Made by a program: the position numbers and the translations under genes
Notes under the pieces: model-generated
The model's input: only the letters and a program-made list of their open reading frames with translations
What the model was told of the DNA's origin: nothing
Database searches by the model: none
Shown: one piece after another, positions 49,517 through 61,953 of the stretch
Layout: each line of letters begins with the position of its first letter
How positions within the stretch are numbered: the first letter of the stretch is position 1
Assembly: GCA_000276965.1 (NCBI GenBank)
Contig: AKKQ01000004.1
Coordinates: 447 to 64,446 of the forward strand
From: Thiovulum sp. ES
GTDB lineage: Bacteria > Campylobacterota > Campylobacteria > Campylobacterales > Thiovulaceae
Length of the DNA: 64,000 nucleotides
Direction of reading: 5' to 3'

Positions 49517-51061
49517 TTAAAACAAAATATCTGGTTCATCAAGCTGTTCTGCTAACAACTCTTCAGTTGCATACTCTAAATATATCTTTTTATCAAAAAT
49601 AAATCTGACAATATCTCCGTCAATTTCACCATCTTTTACCATAAATGAGAGAATTTTAAAAACTTCTGATAATTTTTTTGGTTTTTTGTAGGGTCTGTCC
49701 GATGAGGTCAAAGCTTCAAAAACATCTCCAATCGCAAGTAATCGATCATCAAAACTTAGTTCGTCGGCAGATAAACCTCGAGGATACCCTTTTCCATTCA
49801 ATTTTTCATGGTGATTTGAAGCGATATGTTTTGCATCGCGGAACTGTTTTGGAAACGGAATTTTTTCAAGAATCTTACTTGTCATTTCTGCATGAGACAT
49901 AATCCGATCTCTTTCAGAAGCTGTAAGAGTCCCTCTTTTTATTATCAAATTCTCAACCTCTTCATCTCGAAGTAGAGATACTTCAACACCATTAAAAAAA
50001 TATTTTCTTTTTGCAATTTCTAAAACTCTCTCTTTGTGTTTTTCATGCATAAATTCAGTACCAAAATTTATAATTTCTAAAAAACTAAAATCATTATCTA
50101 GTTTTTCAATCTCTCTCTTATATTCCTCTTCTGAAATCTTTTTTTCCAAAAATTCAATTTTACAGTCTCTTTTTAGAATTTCTATTCGTTCTTTAATTAA
50201 ATCAATTTTGTCAATAAGAGTCTCTAATTTAGTTGCTTTGTCCATAACATGATCTGGAACTGTTATTTTTCCAACATCGTGGAGCCATGCTGAAATTTCC
50301 ATCAATTTCAAGCGCTCTTTATTGAAATTTTCGTTTCTAAAAACTGTTCGATCTTTATCAACTGCATTCGCAACTATTTTGACAAAACGACTAACTTTTT
50401 TAACATGATTTCCAGTGTATGGAGATTTTGCATCAACTGCTTCACCAATTGATGATATAAAACTCTCCAGAAATGTCTCCATTTCATCATACATATTTGC
50501 ATTTAAAAGTGCAATTGTTGCTTGAGATGATAGTGCCACAGAACTTTCACGGTCAAAGTTGGAAAAGCTTACTACATTTCCATTTTCATCAAGCTTATTT
50601 ATCAGCTGTAAAACACCAATCACATCTCTGTCAAAATCAAGAAGTGGAATTACAAGCATCGATGTTGTTTTATATCCATTGATTTTGTCAAATTTTTTCA
50701 TTCCACTAAAGTTATATTTAGTAGAATCGTAACAATTATCAATCATAATAATATTTTTTGTAATTGCCGAACAAGACGACACATTACTATAATTTAGTTT
50801 TCCTAAATCATCTTTTAGAACAACTGGCGACCAGTACTTTGCATACTCTCCACCAACTGAAATATTTAAAGTATCGTTTTGAATAACTTTAAAAACAAGC
50901 TCATTTCCCTCTTTTAAGCAGAGACTACCTGCATCAGCATTTGCAAACTCTCTACTTAATTTCAAAATCTTTTCAAGGAGAGTAAAAATATCTCGTTCAG
51001 TAGAAAGTTGAATACTTATATTAAAGAGCTTTCGTAAATAGCTTTCGTACCGTTTTATCAA
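49517..51061 (-). CDS. GAF-domain HD-GYP phosphodiesterase
   Basis: N-terminal GAF-like region, HDVGKITVPD, and HHEKLNGKGYPRGL (HD-GYP). TTG start. Confidence 0.85.
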   Translation of the reverse strand: MIKRYESYLRKLFNISIQLSTERDIFTLLEKILKLSREFANADAGSLCLKEGNELVFKVIQNDTLNISVGGEYAKYWSPVVLKDDLGKLNYSNVSSCSAITKNIIMIDNCYDSTKYNFSGMKKFDKINGYKTTSMLVIPLLDFDRDVIGVLQLINKLDENGNVVSFSNFDRESSVALSSQATIALLNANMYDEMETFLESFISSIGEAVDAKSPYTGNHVKKVSRFVKIVANAVDKDRTVFRNENFNKERLKLMEISAWLHDVGKITVPDHVMDKATKLETLIDKIDLIKERIEILKRDCKIEFLEKKISEEEYKREIEKLDNDFSFLEIINFGTEFMHEKHKERVLEIAKRKYFFNGVEVSLLRDEEVENLIIKRGTLTASERDRIMSHAEMTSKILEKIPFPKQFRDAKHIASNHHEKLNGKGYPRGLSADELSFDDRLLAIGDVFEALTSSDRPYKKPKKLSEVFKILSFMVKDGEIDGDIVRFIFDKKIYLEYATEELLAEQLDEPDILF

Positions 51062-51079
51062 AATTTACCCTCCAAAAAA

Positions 51080-51283
51080 TTAGACTGTTTTAGTTTCTGG
51101 TTTGATTTCAGTTTTCTTTTCAGTTTCTGCGATTTCAGGTTTTTCATCTTCTTTAACAGCTTGTTTAAAGTTTTTGATACCTGTACCAATTCCCTTCATT
51201 AAATCAGGAATTTTTCGCCCACCAAAAAGAATAACAACGATTCCAAGAATAATCAGCCATTCCATTCCTCCAGGAAGTCCCAT
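51080..51283 (-). CDS. tatA: Twin-arginine translocase subunit TatA/E
   Basis: [37 protein letters not shown]. Confidence 0.9.
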   Translation of the reverse strand: MGLPGGMEWLIILGIVVILFGGRKIPDLMKGIGTGIKNFKQAVKEDEKPEIAETEKKTEIKPETKTV

Positions 51284-52347
51284 TATTTACCTCCTAAAAA
51301 AGAATCGCTTGTTTTCTTTGCACCGAAATTATTTTTCCACTCTTTTTGATTCCAACCGTGAAGAGCATTTACTTTTTCCATGAGATAATCGAAATCTTCA
51401 GGAAGTAAGGCTTGGTCTCCATCAGATAATGCACAACTTGGACATGGATGAACTTCAATAATTGCACCGTCCGCACCAACTGCCATACCTGCATAAGCAA
51501 GAGCAGAAACAAATTCTCTACGACCTGCTGAGTGTGATGGATCAACAATTACAGGCAAGTGAGTCTCTTTTTGGAGATATGGAACAAGAGCAACATCAAG
51601 TGTATTTCGCATTGCAGTTTCATAACTTCGGACACCTCGAAGAGCAATAATTACATCATTTAACCCACCGCTAAGAACATATTCAACACTCATCAAATGC
51701 TCTTTTACAGTTGAAGCAATTCCGTTTTTAAGAATAACTGGTTTTCCAAGTTTTCCAATCTCTTTAAGAAGAGCGAAATTTTGCATATTTCTAGCACCAA
51801 TTTGCACAACATCAGTGTATTGATAAACGAGATCGATGTCTTGTTCGCTCATCAATTCCGTTACGATTGGTAGTCCCGTTTCTCGTCGAGCTTCCGCCAA
51901 CATTTCGAGACCCTCTTTACCTTTACCTTGGAAAGAGTATGGACTTGTTCGAGGTTTAAATGCACCACCTCGCAACATTGTAGCACCCGCTTTTTTCACC
52001 GATTTCGCAATACCGATGAGGTTCTCGTAAGTATCAACTGAACAAGGTCCAGCAATAACACTTTTATGACCACCACCGATTTTTACACCGTTTATATCAA
52101 TAATTGAGTCGTCTGGATGAAAATCCCGACTCGCTTTTTTGTATGGAACAGACACTTCTAATACCTTTTCAACACCTGAGAGAGTTTTTAACGGTTTGCC
52201 AGAAAGGTCTTGTTTGTCGCCAATAATTCCGACAACCGTTTGATATGCACCTTTTGATACTGTAACATCATGTCCCCAATCTTTAATCTGTTGAGAAACA
52301 CTCTGAATATCTTCTTCAGTAGCACCATTTTTCATAACTAAAATCAT
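51283..52347 (-). CDS. aroF: 3-deoxy-7-phosphoheptulonate (DAHP) synthase, type I-beta with N-terminal regulatory domain
   Basis: An ACT/ferredoxin-like N-terminus, then AGPCSV...[14 protein letters not shown]...DPSH. Confidence 0.88.
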   Translation of the reverse strand: MILVMKNGATEEDIQSVSQQIKDWGHDVTVSKGAYQTVVGIIGDKQDLSGKPLKTLSGVEKVLEVSVPYKKASRDFHPDDSIIDINGVKIGGGHKSVIAGPCSVDTYENLIGIAKSVKKAGATMLRGGAFKPRTSPYSFQGKGKEGLEMLAEARRETGLPIVTELMSEQDIDLVYQYTDVVQIGARNMQNFALLKEIGKLGKPVILKNGIASTVKEHLMSVEYVLSGGLNDVIIALRGVRSYETAMRNTLDVALVPYLQKETHLPVIVDPSHSAGRREFVSALAYAGMAVGADGAIIEVHPCPSCALSDGDQALLPEDFDYLMEKVNALHGWNQKEWKNNFGAKKTSDSFLGGK

Positions 52348-53178
52348 TTAAAGCCTTTCTAAAAGAAGAGAAACCCACTCGTTCTTATCTTCTCTTTTTA
52401 CCAATTTAAATTCTTTAAAATTTTGTAAAACAAAATCGACCCGATTATGTAGAATTCCAGAAAGTAGAAGTTTTCCATTTTCTGCCACTCTATTTTTTAA
52501 GTCATTTGAAATCGCAATTATAATATCTGGAATGATATTTGCGATTACAAAATCATACTTGTTTTCTGTATTTCCCGCAGAGCCAACCCAACTATTTCTA
52601 AAAGTCAAATCATTTTTAGCAAAATTATCTTTTGCACTTTCAACGGCGACCTCATCGACATCACATAAATCTACAATTGCACCAATTTTTGCGGAAACAA
52701 TTGAAAGAATTCCACTACCTGTTCCAACATCTAAAACTGTTTTGTTCTCTAAATTGTTTTCGGAAATTGCTTTGACACAAAGTGCGGTAGTTTCGTGATG
52801 ACCTGAACCAAATGCAAGTGCAGGATCAATTAAGATATTTGAAAAGCCTTCTTTGGGCTGATGCCAACTCGGATAAATGTAGAAATTTTGAATTTCTACG
52901 GGCTGGACACTCTGTTTAAAACTCTCGATCCAGTCTCTATTCTCTTTCTCTTCTACAGAAATTTCAACACCTATTTCAGTTTGAAAATGCTCGGAAATCT
53001 TTTTTTGAAATTGTTGGATTCCCCAAACAGTATCGTCGAATGGATCGGAACTCCGTAGAATAATCTTATCTTCAAATTCCTCTAAACCAATTTCCGAAAT
53101 TTGAAGAATGAAATCAAGAAATAGGTCGTAGTGCGAGAGAGGAGTAACTACAAGTTCGTAGTATTTTCTCTCACTCAC
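52348..53178 (-). CDS. prmA: Ribosomal protein L11 methyltransferase
   Basis: IDPALAFGSGHHETT and VLDVGTGSGILS. GTG start. Confidence 0.9.
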   Translation of the reverse strand: MSERKYYELVVTPLSHYDLFLDFILQISEIGLEEFEDKIILRSSDPFDDTVWGIQQFQKKISEHFQTEIGVEISVEEKENRDWIESFKQSVQPVEIQNFYIYPSWHQPKEGFSNILIDPALAFGSGHHETTALCVKAISENNLENKTVLDVGTGSGILSIVSAKIGAIVDLCDVDEVAVESAKDNFAKNDLTFRNSWVGSAGNTENKYDFVIANIIPDIIIAISNDLKNRVAENGKLLLSGILHNRVDFVLQNFKEFKLVKREDKNEWVSLLLERL

Positions 53179-53181
53179 CTA

Positions 53182-53547
53182 CTAACCCATAACAGCAGAG
53201 AGTTTTTCTTTAAGAACTTGAGGAGTAAATGGTTTAACAATATAGTTATTTACACCAGCTTTTAATGCAGTAATAACTTCCGCTTTACCACCTTCTGTTG
53301 TAACCATAATAATAGGAAGATCATTGAATTCGCCAGAGGCTCTTACTTTTTTAACAAGCTCAAGACCGTTCATTTCAGGCATGTTCCAGTCAGTAATAAG
53401 CATTCCTAAGTCTTTGTTTTCTTCCATGTGAGCCCAAGCCTCAACACCGTGTTCTGCTTCAAGTATGTCTTTGTAGTTTAATCTGCCAAGAGTATTTTTA
53501 ATAATTCTTCGCATAGTAGAACTATCATCTACAACTAAAATTTTCAA
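53182..53547 (-). CDS. cheY: Chemotaxis response regulator CheY
   Basis: MKILVVDDSSTMRRI, DWNMPEMNG and NNYIVKPFT. 121 aa, TTG start. Confidence 0.9.
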   Translation of the reverse strand: MKILVVDDSSTMRRIIKNTLGRLNYKDILEAEHGVEAWAHMEENKDLGMLITDWNMPEMNGLELVKKVRASGEFNDLPIIMVTTEGGKAEVITALKAGVNNYIVKPFTPQVLKEKLSAVMG

Positions 53548-53594
53548 GAAAGCTCCCTTTAAAAGTAGATATTGTAATAAGTTAGGAGATTATA

Positions 53595-54803
53595 TCACAA
53601 AATAATCACCCTAACTATTTCACCCGCCTTTTTATCTCCACAAGTTTCGTTAGAAAATAATAAAGCTGGTGAATCTAGCATGTTTCTTAAAATAGCACTT
53701 GTGCCAATTTTTTTATTTTTAAAACCAATAGAAATACTACCATCTTTAAAATAAAGATTACAAGCAGTAATTTCAGTCTTTTTAGATCGTTTGTAAAAAT
53801 CTTCTCTTAAAACAGCACCTGTAAAAGTATTTTGAAATTCTAACCCTAATCGGTTTCTAATTAGTGGCAAAAGATACAAAATTGCTGTAATTGTAGAAGA
53901 GTAAGCAAAACCTGGAAGAGAGAGAAGAACTTTTTCACCTTTTTTAGCAACAAGAATATGCTGACCAGGTTTAATTTTTACACCATGGAAAAGAATTTCA
54001 AAACCCAGTTTCTTAACAACATCTCGCACAAAATCGTAATCACCAACACTTACACCGCCTGTTGTAACGATGAGGTCAGAAGATTTCATTGCATTTTGAA
54101 AAGTTTCTAACATCTCACTTTTACTATCACCAACACTACCAAGCTGAATTGCTTCACCTCCATTTTTAGAAACTAAGCTTTCTAAAGTGTAATTATTAGA
54201 ACTACGAATTTGAGATTCTCGAGTTTTCTCTTCACCGAGAAGTAGCACCTCATCGCCAGTTGTAAAAATTGAGACTTTAGGTTTCACGGCGACTTTTGGG
54301 GAAACAATGTTTAATTCCGCCATGATTCCAATTTCAAAAGGAGAAATTTTTGTCCCTTTCTCAATAATAATTTCATCTCTTTTCCAAACTTCACCAACTG
54401 GTCGGACTCCATTTCCAATAGAAACTTTTTGACGAATATAAAGCCTATTTTCAAGAACTTCAACATTCTCAATTGGCACAAGTGTATCGCTCCCAAAAGG
54501 CATTGGAGAACCTGTAAAAGTTTTTATTGCTATTCCTTTTACTAAAGTTGGAATTTGAGAAGCACCTGCTGGATTATCATTTTCAGTGATTTCAATAAAT
54601 TCAGATTGTTGATCCAAAATTTGAATTGCGAAACCGTCAAGTGCTGAAGTTTGATGTTTTGGAGAATTCTCTTTTGCAATAATATCTTCAGCAAGAATTC
54701 GGTCAAGTGAGTTTTGGAGAGGGACTCTCTCCGATACAACTCTATCAACTTTTAGAGTTTCTAAAAGCTCGATGGATTTTTCCCAAGAAATAAACTTTCT
54801 CAA
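53595..54803 (-). CDS. moeA: Molybdopterin molybdotransferase
   Basis: MoeA N/central/C domain layout and TTGGVSVGDYDF. TTG start. Confidence 0.85.
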   Translation of the reverse strand: MRKFISWEKSIELLETLKVDRVVSERVPLQNSLDRILAEDIIAKENSPKHQTSALDGFAIQILDQQSEFIEITENDNPAGASQIPTLVKGIAIKTFTGSPMPFGSDTLVPIENVEVLENRLYIRQKVSIGNGVRPVGEVWKRDEIIIEKGTKISPFEIGIMAELNIVSPKVAVKPKVSIFTTGDEVLLLGEEKTRESQIRSSNNYTLESLVSKNGGEAIQLGSVGDSKSEMLETFQNAMKSSDLIVTTGGVSVGDYDFVRDVVKKLGFEILFHGVKIKPGQHILVAKKGEKVLLSLPGFAYSSTITAILYLLPLIRNRLGLEFQNTFTGAVLREDFYKRSKKTEITACNLYFKDGSISIGFKNKKIGTSAILRNMLDSPALLFSNETCGDKKAGEIVRVIIL

Positions 54804-54805
54804 AA

Positions 54806-57553
54806 TTACTCGTCTCCCGTTTTAAATTCGTTTAATTTGTGATCCAATTCTGAAGAGAGTTTTTCAAGAAGAATAAAAAGTTTTTGAATATCTTCAATAT
54901 CAAACATATTTTGTTGAGACAAAGAATTTACTTTTAAGATGGAATCAGTTAGTTCTGAAATTGTTTTTGCGGATCGTTTTGCATCTTCCATATTGCTTGT
55001 TGAAGCATTTAATGTTTGATTCATCAATTCGATACTTTTTTGAGTAGATTCCTCGACATTTTCAGAAACACCTTTTATTTTTGTAATAAATTGATGTTTT
55101 CGGTTCATTTTTTCAGCAACATCTTGAACACTTTCAACAACAGCATTGATTGTTTTATCGATTGTTCCGAGAGATTCCTGTGTCTGTTCAGCTAATTCAC
55201 GAATCTCCTCAGCAACAATTGCAAAGCCTTTTCCATGCTGTCCAGCTCTAGCAGCTTCAATAGCAGCATTTAATGCAAGAAGATTTGTCTGTTCAGCAAT
55301 TTCATCAATTTTTGTAATTACTTCTTGAACATTTTGAGTCTTCTTACTTGTAGCTGTCAAATCTTCCGCCATTTGTAAATCTCGAACGGAATCACTTCTT
55401 ACCTCTTTTATAAGTTCGTCAATTGCATTTTGAGAAACGATGAGGTCTTCATATGCTTGTGAAATTTTGTCTTTTGTAGTCTCAGAGTCTGTAAGAGACA
55501 TTCCTAAAGTAGCTTTTACAATACCCATTTTGTTTGCAATATCAACAATTGTTCCGCTTGTGGTTGATATTGCTCTCTGAATTTGATCAAGATTTGTATT
55601 TAAATTTTCTCGATTTCCAACTGTTTCTCGGCTTGTATTTTTTGCATCTTGAATAGTAGATTGAACAAGTTCAATAAATGTATTTAAACTACTTTGGGCT
55701 TTTCCAAGCTCATCTTGTGTAGTAATTTCTAATCTTGTATCAAGTTCTTTAAAGTGTGTAGAAGCTCTCTCAAATTCAGAAACTGCTTTTGTCATCGAAC
55801 GGAAAATCAAGTAAGAAATAAGTAGAGAAAGAACAAGAAGACCAATAAAAATTCCATTTAAAATAGCAAAACCAACTTTAATTTCTGTGCTAATTTTAAA
55901 AGTGTAATCTAAAATGTTTTTAATAATATAGTTTTCTAACTCTTTGTAAGCATTAATTTCAGAGGAAACAACTTTTTCCCAATGTTCCTGTTTTATATTC
56001 ATTCCACCAAAAAGTTCTGTTTGTTGAATTGCCTTTTTCATATTCTCAATTGCAGTAAATTGATCTTTTTCCAAAACAAGCTTTCTGAATTTTTTAGAAA
56101 TTTTGGAAGGTGCATCAACTGTAAAATTATGAACAACTTTTTCTAATTCTGCATCAAGTTGTAAAAGCGATCCATGGGCGATAATAGAAATCTTATTCTC
56201 TTTAAAAGCACTTAAAACAATACTTTGTTCTCTTGAAAGCAACTCTTTTATCTCTAAAATTTCATAGTAGCTTAAGAGTGTTCGGAAACTATTACTATTT
56301 AAATTTGATGAGAAAATTGCATAGTGAATTATGTCAAGAGCTTCGTGTGCAAAAGAGTTGTAGAATTTATTGATTTTGTCAGTCCCAATTTGAAAAGACA
56401 AAATATCTTTTCTAACCTCATCAAGTTTTTCCAGTTGTTCATTAAAATGATATAGTTCTTTTGACACATCTTTAGAAAAAGCTCTTTTTGAGATTGAAGA
56501 GAGTTCTGAAATCGCTTTGTCAAGTTTTAGATGTTCGCCTTTCAAAAAATCTTTTAAAAGCTCGTTTCGTGAATTGTAAAAATCTCCCGAAACATATCTT
56601 TCACTCTGAATAGCATTTAAAACATTTCCTAATTTAAAGCTAAGAATAATTAAATTTGTTCTTTTTCTTGATAAATCTTTTTCGATAAATTTTTCGACTT
56701 CAGTAATTTTATCCATTATGTAACTTGATTGAGTATCCCAATCTCTAGGATTTACATTAAATCCACCGATAGAGTTGTTTCTAATAATTGTGTCTTCAAG
56801 TCTTTTTACATTTGACAAAAGCTTGTTGTTTAACAAAAGCTTTTTTTGTAATTTTGTTTGGCTATCTGCAAACATGTTGAAACTTTTTATAAAACTATCA
56901 TGCTCAACAATGAATTTTCCAAAATTTTCTCTATCTTCATTTGAGAATTGATTTTTTGAAAAAAGAATAGAACCAACTGTTTTTTGTAGCGAAAGAGTCT
57001 CTTTTGCATTTAAAAAACTAGCATATGCTGAAAACATCTTTATTGTTTTCGGATCATTTGCTATAAATGAGAATGAACCAATTGCTCTTAAAAAAGAGTT
57101 TATTATTTTTGTGTAGTGATTTCTAGCTTCAACAACACTAAATTTTAAGCCACTAATCTGTAATCGTTCATCTACTAACTTACTTATTTCAATAACAGTA
57201 TTGTCAATACTCTTTTTAACATTTGCGGGATAATTATTTCTGTTTAGAGATGACAGTGTACTCTTGAACTTATTTATAGTTTCATTGCTACTATTTCTCT
57301 GTTTTCTCAACTCTTCTCGAAAAGCATTCCCATTCTGATAAAGAAAAGATGTTGTATAAGCTCTCTCTCTCTCCAAACTAGAAATAACTTCAGCCATAGT
57401 GGAAGATAATTTTGCAATATCATTGAGATTATCCATCTCATCAACAACAGCTTTTTTCTCAAAGCTTGTAAAAGCTAAAAGAACAGCCAAACCAATAGTC
57501 GGCAAAAGAAAAATTGCCAATAACTTTGTTCGTATGCTTAATTTTCCCAACAT
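54806..57553 (-). CDS. Methyl-accepting chemotaxis protein with ~530-aa sensor region containing NIT-like segment(s)
   Basis: Two TM segments, [15 protein letters not shown] and [12 protein letters not shown] (NIT-like), and the signalling hairpin [38 protein letters not shown]. Confidence 0.85.
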   Translation of the reverse strand: MLGKLSIRTKLLAIFLLPTIGLAVLLAFTSFEKKAVVDEMDNLNDIAKLSSTMAEVISSLERERAYTTSFLYQNGNAFREELRKQRNSSNETINKFKSTLSSLNRNNYPANVKKSIDNTVIEISKLVDERLQISGLKFSVVEARNHYTKIINSFLRAIGSFSFIANDPKTIKMFSAYASFLNAKETLSLQKTVGSILFSKNQFSNEDRENFGKFIVEHDSFIKSFNMFADSQTKLQKKLLLNNKLLSNVKRLEDTIIRNNSIGGFNVNPRDWDTQSSYIMDKITEVEKFIEKDLSRKRTNLIILSFKLGNVLNAIQSERYVSGDFYNSRNELLKDFLKGEHLKLDKAISELSSISKRAFSKDVSKELYHFNEQLEKLDEVRKDILSFQIGTDKINKFYNSFAHEALDIIHYAIFSSNLNSNSFRTLLSYYEILEIKELLSREQSIVLSAFKENKISIIAHGSLLQLDAELEKVVHNFTVDAPSKISKKFRKLVLEKDQFTAIENMKKAIQQTELFGGMNIKQEHWEKVVSSEINAYKELENYIIKNILDYTFKISTEIKVGFAILNGIFIGLLVLSLLISYLIFRSMTKAVSEFERASTHFKELDTRLEITTQDELGKAQSSLNTFIELVQSTIQDAKNTSRETVGNRENLNTNLDQIQRAISTTSGTIVDIANKMGIVKATLGMSLTDSETTKDKISQAYEDLIVSQNAIDELIKEVRSDSVRDLQMAEDLTATSKKTQNVQEVITKIDEIAEQTNLLALNAAIEAARAGQHGKGFAIVAEEIRELAEQTQESLGTIDKTINAVVESVQDVAEKMNRKHQFITKIKGVSENVEESTQKSIELMNQTLNASTSNMEDAKRSAKTISELTDSILKVNSLSQQNMFDIEDIQKLFILLEKLSSELDHKLNEFKTGDE

Positions 57554-57712
57554 AGAACATATTCCTTTTTTTGTAAATTTTATTTTTAAGATACTCTCTT
57601 AAAAAACTAGAATTTGTATGTTATCTTATTGAAATTTAAATTTTTTGGAATTGTAAAGAAATCCAATTTAAATCAAAAAGTTCTGTTAAAATCAAACAAA
57701 AAAAAGGAAAAA

Positions 57713-58441
57713 ATGTTGGAAAATATAGACTTTATTGCACTTATTACAATTGCATTTATTGGAAGTATTGGACATTGTAGTGGAATGTGTGGTGGTTTTG
57801 TAATTGCTTACACTTCGGTAAAAATTTCTCCGCAGTGGCAAAAAGCTTATCAAGGTCTAGCACACATTTTATATTCGCTTGGTAGAGTAACTTCCTACAC
57901 AATTCTCGGGGCAATTTTCGGTTTTCTTGGTAGTGTTGTAACAATTTCAATGACAGCAAAAGGAATTCTTTTTATTATCGTTGGAGCAATTATGGTTTTA
58001 ATGGGATTTTCACTTCTTGGCAAAATCAAATTTTTACATTTTCTCGAAGGCTCAATTGCTAAAAATTCAATTTTTCAAAACACTTTCCAAAAAATTTTTC
58101 AAAAAGAGTCTCTTTTTAGCTTTTATCTTCTCGGAATTTTAAACGGATTTATTCCATGTGGCTTTGTCTATTTCTTTCTTGCTGGAGCAGTTGCGACATC
58201 ATCGCCAATTGACGGTGCTTTAGTTATGTTTATTTTTGGACTCTCAACAGTTCCAATTCTCTTCTCTCTCGGTTTTGTAGTCGGATTTCTTAAAAGTGGA
58301 AAATTCCGAAATATCATGATGAAAACAGCATCAATTCTTGTCATTCTTTTTGGTCTATTCACAATGTTTAAAGCAACAATGTTAATTTCTGGAAAAATGC
58401 AAATGAAAAATAGTGAAATGAGTTTTTTTAAAGAGGGCTAA
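57713..58441 (+). CDS. DsbD_2 / UreH-like family membrane protein (often annotated as sulfite exporter TauE/SafE family)
   Basis: The N-terminal TM carries GSIGHCSGMCGGF and there are about six TM segments. The ATG at 57713 fits, and the ORF is open from 57614. Confidence 0.5.
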   Translation: MLENIDFIALITIAFIGSIGHCSGMCGGFVIAYTSVKISPQWQKAYQGLAHILYSLGRVTSYTILGAIFGFLGSVVTISMTAKGILFIIVGAIMVLMGFSLLGKIKFLHFLEGSIAKNSIFQNTFQKIFQKESLFSFYLLGILNGFIPCGFVYFFLAGAVATSSPIDGALVMFIFGLSTVPILFSLGFVVGFLKSGKFRNIMMKTASILVILFGLFTMFKATMLISGKMQMKNSEMSFFKEG

Positions 58442-58477
58442 TCAAATTAGGCAGAGAAAAATCTCTGCTTTAAAAAA

Positions 58478-59272
58478 TTAGATTTCAGAAAGTTCTACAA
58501 CAATTCTTCTGTTTCTATCACTATATGGGTTTGCAGGATCAATAAATTCTGTCTCTCCAAATCCAATCGCTTCCACTTGAGATTCGCTAACACCAAAAGA
58601 TACTAAATATTCAGCTAGGAAACCAGCTCTTTTTTGTGAAAGTTCTAAATTATAAGCATTGCTACCACTCGCATCTGTATAAGCTTTAAAGCTAACTTTA
58701 TATCCCTCGTTTGATTTTAAGAAATCCGCAAGTTTTGAAAGAGCCTCTTTTGCACTTGAACTAATTGAAGGTAATTCACCTTTTCTCATAGTAATACCAT
58801 TAATTGCTTCAATTGATTCAGCTGGAAGAACAATCTCTTGAATCTCTTCAATTGTTGGCTCAGGCTCAGGCTCTTCTTGTGGTAAATACTCTTTAATCAT
58901 TTCAAGAATTTCAGGTTTAAGAGCTTCTAAAATATCAATTGCCATTTGAACAACATCAATTTTTGAAACATCTTCAGTTCCTTTAACAATTTCAGAAACT
59001 CTATCTCTAATTGGTTCTCTGAGATTATCTTGAATCGCTGCGATTGCATCAGCTCTCGCTGTTTCATCTGTGATAACTTCTTTTGTTTCAGTATCAATAA
59101 ATTTTGCAATTTCTACAAGAACTGCTTCAGTTCCTTCATTGATCATTTTATTTTGAAGTTCTGCTTTCATATCTAAAGCTGTAGATTCAGCCATTTTTGC
59201 AACTTCACCACCACAACCAGTCATAAAAAGAGTAGTTGCTACCGCAATTGAAAGAGATGCTTGTTTAATCAC
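58478..59272 (-). CDS. OmpA-family lipoprotein
   Basis: Lipobox LFMTGCGG, and a C-terminal OmpA domain (YTDASGSNAYNLELSQKRA...DRNRRIVVEL). GTG start. Confidence 0.8.
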   Translation of the reverse strand: MIKQASLSIAVATTLFMTGCGGEVAKMAESTALDMKAELQNKMINEGTEAVLVEIAKFIDTETKEVITDETARADAIAAIQDNLREPIRDRVSEIVKGTEDVSKIDVVQMAIDILEALKPEILEMIKEYLPQEEPEPEPTIEEIQEIVLPAESIEAINGITMRKGELPSISSSAKEALSKLADFLKSNEGYKVSFKAYTDASGSNAYNLELSQKRAGFLAEYLVSFGVSESQVEAIGFGETEFIDPANPYSDRNRRIVVELSEI

Positions 59273-59400
59273 ACCGTTCCCTTTAAAAATTTGATTTTGT
59301 TAATTATAACACAGACAGTAATAAAAAATAAAAAATATTATCTATTTTTATAAAAAAATATTTCTTGATAGAATTCCAAAAAATATTTGGAAAAAACCTA

Positions 59401-61215
59401 ATGGATTTTAGAAATTTAGCAGTTATTGCCCACGTTGATCACGGAAAAACAACACTTGTTGATGGACTTTTAAAACAATCTGGAACTTTCTCGGCACACG
59501 AAGAAGTCGATGAAAGAGTAATGGATAGTAATGCACTTGAAAAAGAGCGAGGTATTACAATTCTTTCAAAAAACACAGCTATTACTTACGGTGATAGTAA
59601 AATTAATATTATTGATACTCCAGGACATGCCGACTTTGGTGGAGAAGTTGAACGAGTTTTAAAAATGGTAGATGGTGTATTACTTCTTGTTGATGCTTAC
59701 GAGGGAGTAATGCCACAAACAAAATTTGTTGTGAAAAAAATGTTGGGATTAGGTTTAAAGCCAATTGTTGTTGTAAATAAAATTGATAAACCGACTGCTG
59801 AACCAGATAGAGTTGTTGATGAGGTTTTTGACCTATTTGTGCAAATGAATGCGACAGACGAGCAATTAGAATTTACAACAGTTTATGCATCTGCTAAAAA
59901 TGGAATCTCTAAATTAGAAGTTGATGGTGAAGATCAAGATTTTAAACCACTATTTGACACAATTTTATCAGATATTCCAAAACCAACGGGAAGTGCGGAA
60001 AATCCAACTCAGTTACAGGTTTTCACACTTGATTATGATAATTATGTTGGAAAGATTGGAATTTCTAGGATTTTCAACGGGAGAGTTGCACGAGGACAAA
60101 ATGTAACTCTTGCAAAAGCTGATGGCGAACAAGTGAAAGGAAGAATTTCAAAACTTATTGGATTTAAAGGTCTTCAAAGAGTAGAAATTGATGAAGCAGA
60201 AGCAGGTGATATTGTTGCAGTAGCTGGACTTGAAACTGTTGATGTTGGAGATTCACTTGTTGATCCAAATAATCCAATGCCACTTGATCCACTTCACATT
60301 GAAGAACCGACTCTTTCAGTTGTTTTTGCAGTAAATGACTCTCCACTTGCAGGACTTGAGGGAAAAAGTGTTACTTCAAACAAAATTCAAGAGCGACTAG
60401 CAAAAGAGATGCAAACTAATATTGCGATGAGGTATGAGCAAATTGGTGAGGGAAAATTCAAAGTTTCTGGACGGGGCGAATTACAAATCACAATTCTTGC
60501 GGAAAATATGAGACGAGAAGGTTTTGAGTTCTCAATTTCTCGACCTGAAGTTATTACTAAAGAAGTTGATGGAGTTCATCTTGAACCATTTGAACATTTA
60601 GTTATTGATGTGCCTGAAGATTTAAGCGGAACTGTTATCGAAAGACTTGGAAAACGAAAAGCTGAAATGACTTCTATGATTCCAATGGGTGCTGGACAAC
60701 AGAGAGTTGAGTTTGAGATTCCTGCTCGAGGTTTAATTGGTTTCCGAGGACAATTCTTGACTGATACAAAAGGTGAAGGAATCATGAACCACTCTTTCTT
60801 AGAATACCGACCACACAGCGGAACTGTTGAAAGCCGAGGAAATGGTGCATTAATTTCAACTGAAACTGGTGATGCGATTGCATATTCACTAAATACAATT
60901 CAAGAACGAGGTGTTCTGTTTATTGCTCCACAAACAAAAATCTACCCAGGTATGATTATTGGTGAGCATTCACGACCAAATGATTTAGATGTGAATCCTG
61001 CAAAAGGGAAAAACCTTACAAATGTTCGTTCTTCTGGTGCAGATGATGCAATCAAACTTGTTCCTCCACGAGATTTAAGTTTAGAAAAAGCACTTGAGTG
61101 GATTGAAGATGACGAACTTCTTGAAATCACTCCTCAAAATATTAGAATTAGAAAGAAAATTCTTGAGTCAAATTTAAGAAAAAGAGCGGAGAAAAATGCA
61201 AAAGGTGGAAAGTAA
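59401..61215 (+). CDS. typA: Translational GTPase TypA/BipA
   Basis: [26 protein letters not shown] and NKID. The ORF is open from 59365. Confidence 0.94.
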   Translation: MDFRNLAVIAHVDHGKTTLVDGLLKQSGTFSAHEEVDERVMDSNALEKERGITILSKNTAITYGDSKINIIDTPGHADFGGEVERVLKMVDGVLLLVDAYEGVMPQTKFVVKKMLGLGLKPIVVVNKIDKPTAEPDRVVDEVFDLFVQMNATDEQLEFTTVYASAKNGISKLEVDGEDQDFKPLFDTILSDIPKPTGSAENPTQLQVFTLDYDNYVGKIGISRIFNGRVARGQNVTLAKADGEQVKGRISKLIGFKGLQRVEIDEAEAGDIVAVAGLETVDVGDSLVDPNNPMPLDPLHIEEPTLSVVFAVNDSPLAGLEGKSVTSNKIQERLAKEMQTNIAMRYEQIGEGKFKVSGRGELQITILAENMRREGFEFSISRPEVITKEVDGVHLEPFEHLVIDVPEDLSGTVIERLGKRKAEMTSMIPMGAGQQRVEFEIPARGLIGFRGQFLTDTKGEGIMNHSFLEYRPHSGTVESRGNGALISTETGDAIAYSLNTIQERGVLFIAPQTKIYPGMIIGEHSRPNDLDVNPAKGKNLTNVRSSGADDAIKLVPPRDLSLEKALEWIEDDELLEITPQNIRIRKKILESNLRKRAEKNAKGGK

Positions 61216-61232
61216 CACTTTCTAGAAAAATT

Positions 61233-61248
61233 GTCGGATCTCTCCGAC
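61233..61248. terminator. TGTCGGA-family hairpin (gtcgga-tctc-tccgac)
   Basis: 6-bp stem between the convergent typA (+) and pyrF (-) genes. It is identical to the 5140-5157 element over 20 nt. Confidence 0.55.
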
Positions 61249-61252
61249 TCTC

Positions 61253-61939
61253 TTAAAAAGTTTCCAAAATTTGCTGAACAACACTTTTTGGATTTTCAGA
61301 TTTATAAATTGGTCTGCCAACAACAATAAAATCACTCAACTCATTTTTTGCCATTTCCAAATTTGCAACTCTTTTTTGATCATCACTACTTTCGCCAAAA
61401 GGTCTAATTCCTGGTGTGAGTGTCAAAAATTCCGATGAGGTCGCCTCTTTTATTTTTTGACTCTCCCAAACAGATGAGACAACTCCATCAATTCCGCTTT
61501 GAAAACTCCATTTTGAAAACTCTAAGCTTTTTGAAATAATTTCACTTTGATAAACATCAGAAAATTCATCTTCAGTAAAAGAGGTGAGAGCGGTTACTGA
61601 AAGAACAAGAGGTCTTTTTTCAAATTTTTGGAGTCTCTCCATAACTGACCTCATCGCACGAATACCAGCAGAAGCATGAATATTAAACATATCAACTTTT
61701 CGGGTTTCGGCAATCTCTTCACTCGCATCTGCCATCGTGTTTGGAATGTCATAAAGTTTTAAATCAAGAAAAATTTTCAAGTTTGGATCAATAGATCGAA
61801 TTTCGTCTAAAATTTTCCAACCATCCCGAATAAAACTCCGAAATCCAACTTTAACCCAAACTGGCAAACCCTTAATCTCTCTAACGAGTTTTAAATTTTC
61901 TGAAAGATTTTCTCTATCAAGTGCAACAACTAAATTCAT
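61253..61939 (-). CDS. pyrF: Orotidine 5'-phosphate decarboxylase
   Basis: LVVALD, FLDLKLYDIPNT and VVGRPI. Confidence 0.92.
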   Translation of the reverse strand: MNLVVALDRENLSENLKLVREIKGLPVWVKVGFRSFIRDGWKILDEIRSIDPNLKIFLDLKLYDIPNTMADASEEIAETRKVDMFNIHASAGIRAMRSVMERLQKFEKRPLVLSVTALTSFTEDEFSDVYQSEIISKSLEFSKWSFQSGIDGVVSSVWESQKIKEATSSEFLTLTPGIRPFGESSDDQKRVANLEMAKNELSDFIVVGRPIYKSENPKSVVQQILETF

Positions 61940-61953
61940 TTTTTTCCTTTAAG